NCBI GenBank assembly: GCA_963808285.1
Contig: CAWEFI010000013.1
Location: forward strand, 187 to 32,186
Length of the DNA stretch: 32,000 nt
Reading direction: 5' to 3'
Source of the DNA: an uncultured Methanoregulaceae archaeon
Lineage (GTDB): Archaea; Halobacteriota; Methanomicrobia; Methanomicrobiales; Methanospirillaceae
Part shown: positions 7,459 to 17,440 of the stretch, piece by piece
Position numbering within the stretch: position 1 is the first letter of the stretch
How the letters are laid out: every line of letters begins with the position of its first letter
The notes under the pieces: generated by a model
Seen by the model: the letters and a program-made list of their open reading frames with translations, nothing else
Told to the model about the DNA's origin: nothing
Database searches by the model: none
Made by a program: the position numbers and the translations under genes

Positions 7459-9238
7459 TCACTTGCCCCAAAACGGTTCAGCCTTGCGCCGGATCGCCAC
7501 GAATTCAGCGAGTACTTCCTGCGTACTTACGTTGAGATTTTTAAGCATTTCACGCTCGAGCACCTTCACGTGCCGCTCAGGGAGATCGACCAGCAGGTCG
7601 TCGCCCACGTTCACCTGGCGGCCGACTGTTGCCCCATCGATTGAGATTGCCACTTCGAGGCCGGCGTCCGCCTCCCGGATCGCCTCCTGCCGGGAGCTGC
7701 ATGGACTTCAGGTGCCCGACCTTTTTCCCGTCGAGCCTGACAAGGTCGACGTCGCCCCTGAGTTTTCCGCCCAGCACCCGCACCCCGACCACGGCCGGGT
7801 TGCTCTGCCGGAACACGCAGTCCGGCAGCAGCCGGATCTTTGCCGGCATCATCACATGCTCGAACTGCGCCTTCTCCGCGATCCGTTTCTGCTCGTCGCG
7901 CCACGCGACGTACTGGTCGATGAGCTGGTAGATTACCTGCGCGGAGAATACCTTGACCTGCGTATAGAGCGGGTCTTTGATGATCTCCGCCGCATCGGGA
8001 AGAATGGGGGTATTGAACGACAGGAGCACGCGGAATGCCGGGTTCTTGATCGTCTCGGTGTCGATCAGGTCGTGCCGGCTCACCGGGCCAACCTGTGCCC
8101 GCATCACTTTGATATCTTTACTTTCCAGTTCCTTGCAGAGCGCTTCGAGGGCGCCGATCGTGTCCGCCTTGATCACGATGCCCTCATCGGCAAGGTTGAC
8201 GTGGATCTCCTGCATCTCCTTTCTGATCCGGGCCGCGAGCTCGTCAAAGTTGCCCCGGACGACAAAGAGCGGCGAACCGGCGATCACCTTTTCGAGGCCC
8301 GGGGCGGAGACCTTGATCCCTGCCGCCGCCGCCACGGATCTGACGTGCTCGAACCGGTCCTCAACGAGGATCTCCTTCATCGGATGGGGCTTTAAGAGCG
8401 AGCGGACCTTGGTCACCACTACATCATCCTGCGAGGCCATCGCGATCTCATCGCCAACCGAGAGCGTGCCGTCGTACAGGATTACGTCAAGCGTCGCCCC
8501 GAGGCCCCGCTCCTCTTTTACTTCAAGGACGGTGCCTGCCCCCGGCCCCTCGACCGAAAGCTTGAGTTCCTCGCCAAGATAGCGCTGTGCAAGCCCGATC
8601 ATGACCATCAGGAGGTCGGCAATCCCTTCGCCCGTGTGGGCGCTCACCGGCACGATCGCAAGGTTGCGCCGGAAATCCGAGACTCGATCAAACCGGTCGG
8701 CAGAGAACCCGAGATCCGAGAGGTTGCCCACGATCTCGTAAGTTTTGGTCTCGAGATCTGTTTTAACCCGCTCGTTCTGTTTTGCAAACGTCGACAGGAA
8801 AGACTCGTTCTTGTTGACTCGCCAGCCGTGGATCCGGTCAACTTTTGTCGCCGCGATGACAAACGGCGTCTTGCAGTTCCGGAGGATCTGGAGGGCCTCA
8901 ATCGTCTGGGGCTGGAATCCCTGACTGATATCGACAACAAGGATCGCCATGTCGGCAAGCGCTCCGCCCCGGGCCCGGAGCGTGGTGAACGCGTGGTGTC
9001 CCGGGGTATCGATAAAAAGCAGGCCGGGGATGTTGATCGGGATCTTCTCCATCGACCCGCTCAGATTCCGGATCGCTTCGATGGGAACGATTGTTGCCCC
9101 GATATGCTGGGTGATCGCGCCCACTTCCGAAGAAACCACCGATGAACCGCGAATCCGGTCGAGAAGCGAGGTCTTGCCGTGATCCACATGCCCCATGACG
9201 CACACAATAGGCGTCCTGATCTTCGGGTCTGCCGCCAT
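7459..9238 (-). CDS. infB: Translation initiation factor aIF5B (IF-2 family GTPase); frame broken at ggg 7692-7694
   Basis: The ATG at 9238 gives MAADPKIRTPIVCVMGHVDHGKTSLLD, followed by DTPGH and ATKVD. After ...GHLKSMQL the track ORF becomes Gly/Arg/Pro junk. The true C-terminus QEAIREADAGLEVAISIDGATVGRQVNVGDDLLVDLPERHVKVLE...IRRKAEPFWGK* is in the frame of ORF 7459..7653. The span is 3n+1. Confidence 0.9.
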
Positions 9239-9492
9239 TTCCCACCCCCTCCCGTTCGCACGTGCCCTGAATAGTGGATTAAAAATCATCCGTGGCGCGG
9301 CATATCAGACGCCGCATGCCATCCTTATGAATATCCTGTCAGAGCCACCTGATAACTTAATGGATGCCCGACCCTATTAATAGTCGCTCCCGGACAGCTG
9401 CCAGGGACCGGCCGGTCTTTTCCGTCTCCGGGCCCTCATGAAACAGGGAGTTAAATTAATCAGAGTTCACGACCAAGTTAACAGAAGCATCT

Positions 9493-9566
9493 GCCAGGGT
9501 AGGGTAGTCTGGTTATCCTAAGGGGCTGTGGATCCCTCGACCCGGGTTCAAATCTCGGCCCTGGCC
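9493..9566 (+). tRNA. tRNA-His (anticodon GTG), C73 discriminator, no encoded G-1
   Basis: GCCAGGGTAGGGTAGTCTGGTTATCCTAAGGGGCTGTGGATCCCTCGACCCGGGTTCAAATCTCGGCCCTGGCC has a 7-bp acceptor stem GCCAGGG/CCCTGGC, U8, the anticodon loop CTGTGGA and the T-loop TTCAAAT. The nt before position 1 is T (9492). A TATA-like ttaaattaat lies at 9451-9460, and several oligo-T tracts follow at 9567-9655. Confidence 0.85.
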
Positions 9567-9702
9567 TCGTTTCTGCCCGCTCTTTTCGCTGCTTCTCCCG
9601 GTACGGTTTTCTTTCGCTCCCTGTACCCGTTTCTCTTCCGGTAATTTTCTTATGGTGAAAGGCTGTCTCGTCGTTTTGCAAAAACCTTGAAAAAAGATCA
9701 CG

Positions 9703-10400
9703 TCAGGACAGCACTGCGTGGATGGTCCAGGGGCCGCTTGCATTCACATCGAAGTAATACCTTCCTGCGTTCAGTGTCTGGGTACTGCCCCGGAACTGGT
9801 GCCGATCTTGTTCGCGAGAAGCGCGACCCGGCTGCCCATGCTGTCCGTCAGCCAGACAATGTAATTACTCTGGCCGGAATAGTTCAGGGTAAATGCCCAC
9901 AGGCCGGTTCCGGTTGCGGTGAAGGGGATCACCATGCTCCTGTTCCCGGAAAAGGCCGCCGTAGAAGCACTGGCTGTTCCCTGATAGAGCGAATACATGA
10001 TGCCGGGGGCCGACTGTTTGGTCAGGGTGTTGGAATCCGGGGAGTAGACCCACACCGTTTTATTCCCGTTGTCACCGGTCACGAGATACAGGTTGGTTCC
10101 CGCCGGCTGCCACGTCCCGTTGTACATGACCCCGGGCTGCGTTGCAAAAGTTTCCTGTGTTGTTCCATCCGGGCCAAATACGATCCTGAACTGGTACACG
10201 GGCCCCGGGCTCCTCCAGGCCCCGACGATGGGATCAAGAGAGAGCGACGCCGGCAGGGACCGGGAGGAGGCGATCGATGATGTGACAGGAGTAACCGTCG
10301 GGGCCGGGGCGGGCACAACCGTCCCGGCATTCGTGCACCCTGCGGTAAGAATAACGCTGATGCAGAGTACGATCAGGAAAACAAACCCGGTTTTCTGCAT
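9703..10400 (-). CDS. Secreted lipobox protein, hypothetical; frame broken at the cccc run 9788-9791
   Basis: The ATG at 10400 gives MQKTGFVFLIVLCISVILTAGC (signal peptide plus lipobox-like Cys). After ...LLANKIGTSSG the track ORF stops at 9771. The adjacent frame continues with TQTLNAGRYYFDVNASGPWTIHAVLS* to 9703. The span is 3n+2, so one nt is missing. Confidence 0.6.
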
Positions 10401-10496
10401 GTTCCGGAGCGGGTGCTTCTGTGGTATAGTCATTCCCGGTTCAATCCTCCTGGGTAAGGGGATCTGTTGTCGCCCGGGTTTTGAGTACTTTCCGGT

Positions 10497-10518
10497 GATA
10501 TAACCGCCAGGTTATATC
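10497..10518. promoter_or_regulatory. Perfect 9-bp inverted repeat gatataacc-gcca-ggttatatc in a divergent intergenic region
   Basis: Read directly. Each arm contains a TATA-like element facing outward. About 45 nt downstream there is a GC palindrome plus T6 (ccggccggcctttttt, about 10565-10580). Confidence 0.3.
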
Positions 10519-10644
10519 AATGAATCCGGCCGTTTTCCCCGGGCACGAACAGAGGGGCAGGCACCGGCCGGCCTTTTTTGCTCCCCACCACGGCGCTGTG
10601 CCGTAATGGGCAACCTTTTGTGTTTTCGCCGGTAACAGGAGCTC

Positions 10645-11547
10645 GTGGACTCCCTTACCCATGCGCTGGTTGCCGCGATCCTCGTATACGCGCTTGGTCT
10701 CCCGCAGCTCATGCCGTTTGCCGTGCTCGGAGCCGTTGTTATCGATACCGACATCCTCTTCTCGCTTTTCTCCCGCCACCACCCTTCGCTCTATCTCTTC
10801 ATCCACGGCGGGATCGCCCACAGCCTCACAGGCGCCATCGTGATGTCTGTCCTCGCTTATGCCGGTATCTCCCTGGCCGCTCTTGCTGGTTTTATCTCCC
10901 TGGCCGTCATCACCGGCGCCGGCCCTGCCGGGCTTGCCGCCGTCCTTGCCGGTGCGTTCCTGCACCTCGCCATGGACCTCCCGGCAACCCCGGGCATCCC
11001 GCTGCTCGCACCGTTCTCGGACCGGAAGTACTCACTCGGCATCCACCCCGGCCCCAGCCTGCTTCTCATGGGAATAAGCCTCTTTTTTTTGATCTGGATG
11101 GTGCTGGGCGTCGTCACGCTCGCGGAAGGGATGGTTGCCTACGCGGCAATCTTCGGAGCGTTCCTGCTTGTCAGGGTCGTCGCGTACCTTATGGTACACA
11201 AGCGGGTTCACGGCACCACGCGTGTTGTTCCCTCCATTAATCCCCTGCGGTGGCTGGTCATCAGCGGGACTGCCGTTGAGTGGATGGTGCGGGATTACCG
11301 GATCGGCCACGGGATGACTGACCCGGTCCATTATCCAAAATTCAAAAATACGAGCCCGGAAGAGGCCACCCCATATCTCGCACTACCCGAAATACAGCGA
11401 CTGAAGTACCACTCGTACATCGTGACCGCGGAGAAGGAGGGCAGTGCCATTACGTTTTCCGACCCGCTCCGGGTCTCGGGAAGGATCTTCTATCCCCCGC
11501 ATTTTAAGCAGGTCCGGATCGCAGAGGGAGTACAGGCGGCTGCCTGA
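10645..11547 (+). CDS. Membrane-bound metal-dependent hydrolase (DUF457/YdjM-like) with a soluble C-terminal extension
   Basis: 300 aa with a GTG start. MDSLTHALVAAIL..., HGGIAHSL and LHLAMDL are the typical His/Asp positions of the DUF457 family. Four to five hydrophobic helices are followed by about 100 aa of hydrophilic tail. Confidence 0.7.
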   Translation: MDSLTHALVAAILVYALGLPQLMPFAVLGAVVIDTDILFSLFSRHHPSLYLFIHGGIAHSLTGAIVMSVLAYAGISLAALAGFISLAVITGAGPAGLAAVLAGAFLHLAMDLPATPGIPLLAPFSDRKYSLGIHPGPSLLLMGISLFFLIWMVLGVVTLAEGMVAYAAIFGAFLLVRVVAYLMVHKRVHGTTRVVPSINPLRWLVISGTAVEWMVRDYRIGHGMTDPVHYPKFKNTSPEEATPYLALPEIQRLKYHSYIVTAEKEGSAITFSDPLRVSGRIFYPPHFKQVRIAEGVQAAA

Positions 11548-11643
11548 ATTCCGGGACAAGTGCATAAAAAAGCGCCGGTATCCCGGTTTTTTTGGAAATC
11601 GCCGTGCTTTTATACCGGTAACACCGCACCGGTACCCGGGCAT

Positions 11644-12457
11644 ATGCGCATGGACAGGACAGAATACGTCCACGGATATTCAGAAAAGGAAGCAGACCGG
11701 CTTAGCGACCAGGCCCAGACGCTGACCTCCCTTCTCCATAACGATACCCGGTACCCGGCTAGGAGCAGGGTACTCGAAGCCGGTTGCGGGACCGGCGCCC
11801 AGACGGTTATCCTTGCAAAGAACAGCCCCGAAGCGGAGATCACGTCCATCGACATTTCTCCAGCCTCGATCCGGCGTGCGGAGGAGAGGGTGCGGGCCGG
11901 GGCGATCACCAACGTGACCTTTCTGGCCGGCGATCTCTTCAGCCTCCCGTTTGTACGGGAGAGCTTCGATCATATTTTTGTCTGCTTCGTGCTGGAACAC
12001 CTGGCCGATCCGGGACGGGCGCTCACCATGATCCGCCCTCTTCTCACACCAGGTGGGACGATCACGGTGATCGAAGGCGATCACGGCTCAGCGTATTTCC
12101 ACCCGAAAAGTGCAGCGGCAGACACGGCAATCCGCTGCCTGGTCGATCTCCAGCGGGAGAGCGGGGGAAACGCGCTTGTCGGCCGTGAGCCTCTACCCGC
12201 TCATGATGCAGGCCGGGTACGCGGACATACGCGTATCGCCGAGGATGGTGTATGTCGACGCATCGCGGCCGGCGCTTGTCGATGGATTCACGCGCCAGAC
12301 ATTCGCCGCGATGGTCGCAGGCGTCCGGAATACCGTGCTCGAACGAGGCATGATGACAACAGACGAATGGGAACAGGGGATCGCGGATCTGTACCGCACC
12401 TGTGAGCCGGACGGTGTGTTCTGTTATACGTTTTTCAAGGCGACCGGGACTGTATAG
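11644..12457 (+). CDS. Class I SAM-dependent methyltransferase; frame broken at about 12190
   Basis: The ATG at 11644 is followed by VLEAGCGTGAQT (motif I), ITSIDIS, AGDLFSLPF and FDHIFVCFVLEHL...LLTPGGTITVIE. After ...GGNALVGRE the protein continues in ORF 12110..12457 as LYPLMMQAGYADIRVSPRMVYVDASRPALVDGF...FFKATGTV*. The span is 3n+1, consistent with an extra c in gagcctc. Confidence 0.75.
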
Positions 12458-12643
12458 CACAACTGCCCGGTTACAGCCGGCCCCGAAACTGCAATGGTCC
12501 GGATCACTGGTGGCGGGGCTTTGTTTCGGTCAATTGGCGGGCCAATGCCCGGTGAATGGGGATTTTCTTTTTTAAAACTTTCGCTACCTGCGTGCCCACC
12601 GGTATAAATGAGCGGATATCCAACACCTATGAGAATGAGCGGT

Positions 12644-12898
12644 ATGGACACCATTACGCTGGTCGGTTTTATCGCCGGGACCCTGACGACCGTCGCGTAT
12701 ATCCCCCAGGTCATCCGGAGCTGGAGGCTTAAGGAGACCAAGGACATCTCCCTTACGATGCTCGTGCTCTATGCGGCCGGGGTCTTTCTCTGGCTTGTGT
12801 ACGGGTTCTGGACAAACGCTCTTCCCATCATCGCGGCAAACGGCATTTCGGTCTTTTTGATCCTCATCCTGCTCGGGATCAAGCTCCGGTACCCCTGA
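12644..12898 (+). CDS. SemiSWEET / PQ-loop family small transporter
   Basis: About 84 aa from the ATG at 12644 (the track ORF starts at 12608). There are three hydrophobic helices, with the PQ motif in TVAYIPQVIRSWR after TM1. Confidence 0.7.
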   Translation: MDTITLVGFIAGTLTTVAYIPQVIRSWRLKETKDISLTMLVLYAAGVFLWLVYGFWTNALPIIAANGISVFLILILLGIKLRYP

Positions 12899-13024
12899 TC
12901 GTTCCACTGGTTTTATTCACACCCGGACCCGTACGGGAGCAGTCCGTAAAAAGGTTGTACCGCCAGCACAAACGAGGTTGTCCCTCTCATGCCGGGGCGT
13001 TTTAAAATTCCGGGAAAAAAGAAT

Positions 13025-13639
13025 TTAGTCCTGAAGGAGTACAAGGCAGCCGGCGATCTTGTCGTGGAGCCCCTGGCGCTTTTTGGTGAGGCCGATCATC
13101 AAAAACCCGATGAAGATGATCAGGGTCGAAATGAATTTCCCGAAGAAACGGAGGGTTGCCCTGGCAAAGGAGATCCCGTTGCCGGAAAGATCGGTCACTT
13201 CAAGGCGCATCAGGACTTTGCCGGGTGTTGCATGTCCACGCGAGGACTCGAAACCTGCATAGTAGAGCCAAGGAACGATGATTACCAGAAGACCGATGGC
13301 AGCAACGATCGGGCCGAGGGCCGCGATCGGTGTTCCCGCCTCGGTCAGGGAAGAGATCGGCGCGTGGGCAGCCACGATATAGTAGAGGTACATGATCCCG
13401 TTTGCCAGGTTGAAGAAGGTAACCGCAATAATACCGAACAGGGCGATAAGAATAAAATCAACGATGAATGCGACGAACCGCCGCCCGAGACCGGCATAAA
13501 CCCCGACTTCGGGGCCTTCATCAACCTCGGACGCGGCGATTGCCACCGGTGCCGGGGGGGCCGGTTCGATCGGCGCCCCGCACCACTGGCAGAATTGCCC
13601 GGAAGCGTCAGTCTCTTTCCCACATTTTGGACAGAACAT
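13025..13639 (-). CDS. RDD-family membrane protein with an N-terminal zinc ribbon
   Basis: 204 aa. MFCPKCGKETDASGQFCQWCGAP is a CxxC-x10-CxxC ribbon. This is followed by GLGRRFVAFIVDFILI..., GHATPGKVLMRLEV and a terminal GLHDKIAGCLV, all typical of the RDD domain. Confidence 0.8.
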   Translation of the reverse strand: MFCPKCGKETDASGQFCQWCGAPIEPAPPAPVAIAASEVDEGPEVGVYAGLGRRFVAFIVDFILIALFGIIAVTFFNLANGIMYLYYIVAAHAPISSLTEAGTPIAALGPIVAAIGLLVIIVPWLYYAGFESSRGHATPGKVLMRLEVTDLSGNGISFARATLRFFGKFISTLIIFIGFLMIGLTKKRQGLHDKIAGCLVLLQD

Positions 13640-13846
13640 TCCTCATACTCCTGATAGGTAAAGTTAATCCGGGTGTCCTTTTTAATTTAACTGTTCTTAT
13701 TTTTGAGTTCCGGAGGACTTTTACGGGTTGTCCCAAAAAAATGGCAGGACTTTCCCGTTCTGCACGCAGGCTGCCGGCCGTGTCCCACCCGTTTTTATGG
13801 TCCGTGAACGCAAATCAGAAATATTCACAGGAGGAAAGGGATAATC

Positions 13847-14365
13847 ATGAGATTCCTGATTCCTGCAGCCACCTGTTGCGCACTCCTGCTCTGTGCGCTC
13901 TTTGTCGGGTGCACGAGCCCGACGGAGGCCGGGATCCAGCCGGTCGGGACCACCGTTACGACCCCGGTGGAGACCACCCAGACTGCCACCCCCGCTCCTA
14001 CCTTCGAACCGATCACCACGCTCCCGGCAAGCCAAGCGATCGATTTCACGGTCAACAAGGACCGCCCCACGGGCAAGATCACCCTCCAGTGGACCACTGG
14101 GCCCGGCATGAGCTCTGCCCAGGGCATCGATCTCACGGTCACCCGTGCGGATGGGACACCGGAAGATCAGCAGATTACGAACAATAACGCTCTCGGCCAG
14201 ATAAATGGTTACGACTCGATCACCCTGCCGGGCACGCTCGATGGCATGGATCATGTCCAAGTCCATATCACCATGGGCGGCAAGGTCTACCTGGTCTATG
14301 ACCAGGACGTCGGGTCCACTAACCCCTACTCTAACAAAAATTCTTCCCTCAACTCACTCTCCTGA
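13847..14365 (+). CDS. Secreted lipobox protein, hypothetical; paralogous to the outside domain of the TIR protein at 22129..23253
   Basis: The sequence aggaggaaaggg lies upstream of the ATG. The signal peptide MRFLIPAATCCALLLCALFVGC is followed by a Thr/Pro linker. The domain ...KDRPTGKITLQWTTGPGMSSAQGIDLTVTRADGT...ITLPGTLDGMDHVQVHITMGGKVYLVYDQDV aligns by eye with ...KDPVTLMVNIIFEGGPGQGLVQDNQVILTRSDGT...VKLQGTRGTDRLQVIVTMYSGKTYTIEDELI. Confidence 0.6.
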   Translation: MRFLIPAATCCALLLCALFVGCTSPTEAGIQPVGTTVTTPVETTQTATPAPTFEPITTLPASQAIDFTVNKDRPTGKITLQWTTGPGMSSAQGIDLTVTRADGTPEDQQITNNNALGQINGYDSITLPGTLDGMDHVQVHITMGGKVYLVYDQDVGSTNPYSNKNSSLNSLS

Positions 14366-14386
14366 TCCTTTTTTTACGCAGCCCGG

Positions 14387-15467
14387 CTATTTTCCTGACT
14401 GTGCCCGTCCGATCCGGCCGGCGTACTTCTGCATCCCGTACCCGAGCGCGAGCACGGCAAGGCAGGTGACGGCAAGGACGACCCACTGCATCGCTCCCGC
14501 GGTGCCGACCGAGATCCGGGCAACAAGGTTGAGCGGGTTGTACGGCAGGGCAAGGACCAGCAGCAGGAGCACGACGAGGGCAGTCGAGAAGACGAACTGC
14601 GCCGCCGTCCGCTCCCGGTAGTAGAGGGCGCAGAACGCTCCAAGGAGGATCAGGAGCAGGGTCCCGAGGGTGACGTGGAGCAGGATGAGAAGGGGGTCGG
14701 CGATCGCGATCCGGTTGGCGGAGAGGAGAAGGATCCATGCTCCGGCCTGAACCGGCACGATGACCGTGCAGGTGAGCACCTTGCCCCAGACCATCTCGGC
14801 GAACGTGACCGGGGTTGAGATGAGCGTCTCGAGCGTCCCGTGCTGGTACTCCTCGGTGATGAGGTCGATGACAAGCGCAGCAGAAAGGATCCCCGGCAGG
14901 AACACGAGGAGCGGGACCAGAAGGCCATACACAAACCCGTAGAAATCTCCGATGCCTGATGAGGCCGGGACCTGGAGCGGGACCGGCGCAACGTCGAGAC
15001 GCCCGGCCCGGACCCCCCTCAGATCCTGCTCGGTACTGCAAAAAGACCGCCTTGAGCCTCACGTCCACGACCGCTCCCTGGAGGTCGTCGGTGAGCGTGT
15101 AGAGCGTTATCTTCACCGGGTCATCGGAACCCGCTGCAGTGTCCGGGACGTAGAGGACGGCGGAGAGCCTGCGCTCCTTTAAAAGTTCGACCGCGGTCGA
15201 GAGGTCCATCCGGTGCACCCTGAGGTCGGAGGTACCCTCGAGGTACCCGAGCAGGGGCGTATCGTTTCCCGCGTACGCGATGTCGTACCGGAAATGGGAA
15301 TACCCCGAGAGCGCCGCAGGGTCGTACATGGACGTTAGCCCAACCATCAAAAAGGACGAGAAGAGCGCGATGAAGACCTGCAGCAGGACCGCAAGGAGGA
15401 TCGTCTTTTCGGATGCGAGCCCGAAGAACTCTTTTTTTGCCACCACCGCGACGTGCCGGGCCTTCAT
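14387..15467 (-). CDS. ABC-2 type (NatB-like) transporter permease; frame broken at about 15032
   Basis: The ATG at 15467 overlaps the upstream gene's stop as ATGA. MKARHVAVVAKKEFFGLASEKTILLAVLL... is followed by a large outside loop. After ...RLKAVFLQY the protein continues in another frame (EQDLRGVRAGRLDVAPVPLQVPASSGIGDFYGFVYGLLVPLLVF...ITEEYQHGTLETLISTPV...), which is ORF 14387..14932. The span is 3n+1. Confidence 0.75.
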
Positions 15468-17271
15468 TTCATCCACCCCAAAATGAAGTACAGGTTATAG
15501 CAGCAGTGGAGCACGGTCGCGGCAATAAGGCCGGGGATGAACCATTTCCTTCCCCCGACCTTGAGCGAGCAGGCAACAATGAGGATGCAGGCGAAGTGGA
15601 GCAGGAGGGGCATCCAGAGCACGCCGAGCGACAGAAAGAGGACGCTTCCGAAGACCGATTTGGTGATCTGGGCAAGCGTGGCAAAGAGGAGGAGTTTCTC
15701 GCCCACAAGAAACCCGACCGCGGTGGCGGCGCAGGCGAGCACGAGGTGCTTCCACGAGAAGAACGCGGGGTCCCGCATGAAGAACGTGTAGATGCCCAGT
15801 GCCTTTGCCATCTCCTCGATGAGTGCCGCGAGCACGAGCAGGAGCACGAGCGAGTACGGCATGGGCAGGTTGAAGAAGACAACAAGGCCCATCATCTGGG
15901 CCATGAAGACGAACGGGATCGAGAAGACCGCGAGCAGGAACAGCGCCGCGTACGGGTGCTCCTGCGGGAGGAGCCCGGAAAGGAACTCGCGGATCCGGGG
16001 GAGGAGCTTCTTTTCCGAGAAGAGGCGCTCCTCGTTAAAATTTTTTGCCGCGATGTAGAAGAGGACGGCGGCAGTCAGCCAGAAAAGTGCCGTGGCATAG
16101 ACATAGTCCGACACTGTCCACGCGGTTCCCTGGATGGTGAGCACGATCAGCGTGAGCGGTGAGACGAGGCTGATCACGTGGACGTTGGCAAAGATGGAAG
16201 GGAAAAAGAGGTACGACGTAGCGACCGTCGAGAAGAAGATGGAGATGAACGAGAGCTCCTTGAAGCTCCGGGCGAGCATCCCGATGACGAGAGCGTTTGC
16301 GAGAAAGAAGATGATGATCGGGACAAGGGGCAGGAGGACGAGCGGGGACGCCTGGATGTAGACCGTGATCCCGGTGCAGATCGCAAGCATCCCGAGGAAG
16401 TACGGGAGCATCTTTCCGATAATGATCGACGAGGTCTTCACCGGCAGGGAGAGGAGGGGCTCGCCCTGCCGCTCAATCCGCTCGTTCATGATGCTCATCA
16501 TGAAAAACTGGGAGGTGAAGTAGAGCGGGAAGATGAAGACAAAGACCAGGATGATCGAATCGAAGGGCAGGGGGGGGAGAGCTGATCCGGGATCATGAAC
16601 GGGCCCATGGCGGCTTCGCCAGGAGAGAGCACATCCGTGTACCGGGCGACCTGCGAATTCTCCTGAGACGATACAGCCAGTTCCTGCCGGATCTCGTCCT
16701 GCGTGATGCCAAGCGTGGCCGAAGGTGTCGGGACGTTCTCGACCTGGCCTGACGGGACCGGCGGTCCCCTTCCGGGGGCAACCTGCACGTACTGGCCGTT
16801 CTGGTTGGCGGAGAAGTTGAGCTCGCTCTTGACTGACTGGGTATCGATCCAGAGCGGGAACGCGGCAAAGAGGTCGCTTTCGTTCGCATAGACGCTGTTT
16901 TTGTACTGCGCATAGTCCCGTTCGAGAGCGTTTTCCCCCGACTTCCCCTTCCCGGTCGGGCTTGCGGAGACGACCCCCTTGCTGATGACGAGATCGTACG
17001 CCCCATTGTCGGCGGCGAGCACATGGTCGCTCTCCTGGTAAACCGTGAACCGTGCATCGGGCGTAAAGAGAGCGGCGACCTTCGGGTCGTCGACCCCGAT
17101 CCGGTACATCCCGTCCTGGATGTGCAGGCCGCTCTCTGCGGCAAAACCGGTGACAAGGATAAGGAGGACGAAGAGGACGATCGCGACCGGCAGGAGGTTA
17201 CGCGACATGACCGAGAAGGTCTTTTTCACTTCCCAGCGTGCGATGGTCGCGATATCCCTGCCTGCACTCAA
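15464..17271 (-). CDS. Fusion protein: NatB-like ABC-2 permease plus a C-terminal PrsW-like intramembrane protease domain; frame broken at the G8 run 16570-16577
   Basis: A probable TTG start at 17271 gives (M)SAGRDIATIARWEVKKTFSVMSRNLLPVAIVLFVLLIL. About 190 aa of outside loop follow. After ...FMIPDQLSPP the protein continues in ORF 15464..16501 (LPFDSIILVFVFIFPLYFTSQFFMMSIMNERIERQGEPLLSLPV...). The last roughly 150 aa carry EEMAK, FLVGE and HCCYN, matching my memory of the PrsW motifs EExxK, FxxxE and HxxxN/D. Confidence 0.7.
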
Positions 17272-17440
17272 GGCTGCATCTCCGGAAAAACACCGTGGAT
17301 AGCCAATAGGTGTGGGTACCGGGGTCAAATACTGATCGGTGCTGACACGCCGGGGACCGCCGGCCTGCACCTATCCTAACGTATATGTCCCCCACCCCAC
17401 CACAGTACAGCAAAGGCCCGGCCCTTCCGGAGCACCTGCC

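Noticed and set aside
7463-9145. Long plus-strand ORFs (7463..8395, 7977..8582, 8636..9145) opposite infB.
   Set aside because: Their translations are Arg/Pro/Ser/Leu-rich with no recognisable motifs. They are the usual antisense shadow ORFs of a high-GC gene whose minus strand encodes a clear aIF5B.
9567-9690. Pyrimidine-rich tract of about 100 nt (roughly 78% C+T by hand count) after tRNA-His, with loosely repeated cgctc/tttctc units.
   Set aside because: It is most simply a trailer with several archaeal oligo-T termination signals. The repeats are too degenerate to call, and the minus-strand ORFs here (9478..9681, 9513..9743) are purine-rich junk.
10441-11331. ORFs 10441..10965(-), 10578..11240(+) and 11032..11331(-), overlapping the DUF457 gene.
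   Set aside because: They are Arg/Pro/Gly-rich translations in alternative frames of a GC-rich membrane-protein gene, and none looks protein-like.
15413-16585. ORFs 15413..16162(+) and 16178..16585(+), with striking Glu/Asp/Arg-rich products.
   Set aside because: They are the antisense of the Leu/Phe/Ile-rich permease-PrsW gene. The charged low-complexity translation is a mirror effect, not a gene.
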